From the NCBI GenBank assembly GCA_905331015.1, contig CAJNXB010001701.1, positions 25,443-32,000 of the forward strand: a stretch of 6,558 bases of DNA, written 5' to 3'. Source of the stretch: Rotaria socialis (Eukaryota). This document shows, piece by piece, positions 5,758 to 6,558 of this stretch. A program made the translations under genes and the position numbers. The notes under the pieces were generated by a model. That model ran no database searches, had not been told where the DNA came from, and was given only the letters and a program-made list of their open reading frames with translations. The stretch's first letter is position 1, and each line of letters starts with the position of its first letter.

Positions 5758-6210
5758 TTAATTACGAAGAATATTTATATTCGTAATCTCATCATTTAAT
5801 GTCACAACGCGTGAGCGACGTCGTAAAATATTTGGTAACATACGAAATGTTTTACATTGTAAAGTTGCTAATATATGAAATCGATATTTTTCATTGGTTG
5901 ATACATAACAAAATGGTTTCAGTATATGACATAGAAGATAAACATCTTTAAATTGATATGAAAATTGCACATAGGACAATTCATCAATCCAGTAGGGTAT
6001 ATGAGCAAATAGATAAATAAATAACAGAAGATACGATGAACTAATTAAAGTCTGACTATTTTCAACGATTGTTAAATAAGTTAAATAATCGAATGCTTGC
6101 AATGAACGTTGCGTAGTTAGTGCTACATCAGTAGCAATTGAAGTTGTTGCGGATTGATTGAATGGTTGAGAATAATGTATTGAACGACGATTCATATTTT
6201 CATTAGTATT
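5758..6210 (-). CDS. Rhodopsin-type (class A) GPCR-like C-terminal segment: ICL3, TM6, TM7, helix 8 and tail; fragment, terminal exon or pseudogene
   Basis: Part of a 180-codon open frame (5758-6300), which is long for AT-rich DNA.

Pattern matches: ENSQTLISSSYLLLFIYLFAHIPYWI has the TM6 layout F..(C)W.PY. FKDVYLLCHILKPFCY has the TM7 layout with KPFCY in place of NPxxY. VSTNEKYRFHILATLQC has the helix 8 layout N..FR..F..L..C. A basic tail RRRSR follows, then the TAA stop at 5760-5758.

The 5' limit is set at a strong minus-strand acceptor, GTTTTTTTCAATTTCCAG|AAT (AG at 6212-6211). The 30 codons upstream in the same frame look non-coding. No TM1-5 were found. Confidence 0.45.
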   Translation of the reverse strand, partial: NTNENMNRRSIHYSQPFNQSATTSIATDVALTTQRSLQAFDYLTYLTIVENSQTLISSSYLLLFIYLFAHIPYWIDELSYVQFSYQFKDVYLLCHILKPFCYVSTNEKYRFHILATLQCKTFRMLPNILRRRSRVVTLNDEITNINILRN

Positions 6211-6558
6211 CTGGAAATTGAAAAAAACATAACAAGTCATGACGGATAAATTATTAACGCAGTCGACTGTCCACGACCGTCGCCATGATAACAAGAACAA
6301 TGATTTTTCCTCGTTTTAGAGCTCGGCGATTAAATGCTCAAGGAAATGAATTCTTGCAGTATGGTCCTTGATGGAGTACTCGTACTCTATAATGACTAAC
6401 ATGAAACTTGTAACTTTTCATTATTTTATTTCCGTAACATGGAACAGACTGATTATCTTAAATTTAACTTAGAATGAAAGACTTTTTTGTCTTCTTTTGC
6501 TACTAATTATAATCGAAGAAATGTTCTTCAAGTCTGAAGTTGTGTACGGCGAATCTAT

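Noticed and set aside
6548-6556. Minus-strand RF(AV) at the window edge as the DRY/DRF motif of TM3
   Set aside because: It is only a few residues, followed by stops at 6505-6500, and truncated by the window end. The same bases fit a + strand EFR3 exon hypothesis equally well.
1-6558. Functional cluster idea: ACE-like gene + EFR3 + GPCR-like gene as one signalling module
   Set aside because: It is tempting because EFR3/PI4KIIIalpha sustains the phosphoinositide supply for GPCR-PLC signalling and ACE generates a GPCR ligand. However, one member is a dead relic and one is a fragment. Eukaryotic adjacency carries little functional weight, so this is most likely coincidence.
1-6558. Prokaryotic-style features (operons, RBS, rho-independent terminators, CRISPR, defence islands, IS elements)
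   Set aside because: The window is spliceosomal-intron-rich metazoan-type DNA. No repeat-spacer arrays, transposase ORFs or compact co-directional gene cassettes are present.

Overview
This window is eukaryotic (metazoan-type) nuclear DNA, not a prokaryotic locus. It is visibly AT-rich and densely interrupted by very short GT-AG introns. The ORF track is misleading in places because it runs through introns and labels TTG and similar codons as M.

I can support three protein-coding-derived elements.

(1) 136-1340 (+): a decayed angiotensin-converting-enzyme-like (peptidase M2) pseudogene. It still spells the zinc site HHEMGH...HEAIGD. It is broken by stops, at least two clear frameshifts and in-frame losses.

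(2) 1445-5745 (+): the first 16 exons of an EFR3 homologue, the plasma-membrane tether of PI4KIIIalpha. The joined reading frame is continuous for about 696 codons. Twelve introns are 47-79 nt and three are outliers of 205, 509 and 798 nt. One intron can only be solved as GC-AG. The C-terminal exons were not found.

(3) 5758-6210 (-): a 150-codon open frame resembling the TM6-TM7-helix 8 tail of a rhodopsin-type GPCR. It lies tail-to-tail only 12 nt from EFR3 exon 16. It is probably nested antisense in the next EFR3 intron.

A 38-nt perfect palindrome sits near the middle of the 798-nt intron.

I see no rRNA, tRNA, CRISPR array, recognisable transposase or operon-like arrangement, and no evidence for a novel multi-gene system. 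All family assignments rest on my recall of family sequences and need database confirmation. The taxon cannot be determined; the sequence is compatible with a compact AT-rich invertebrate genome.
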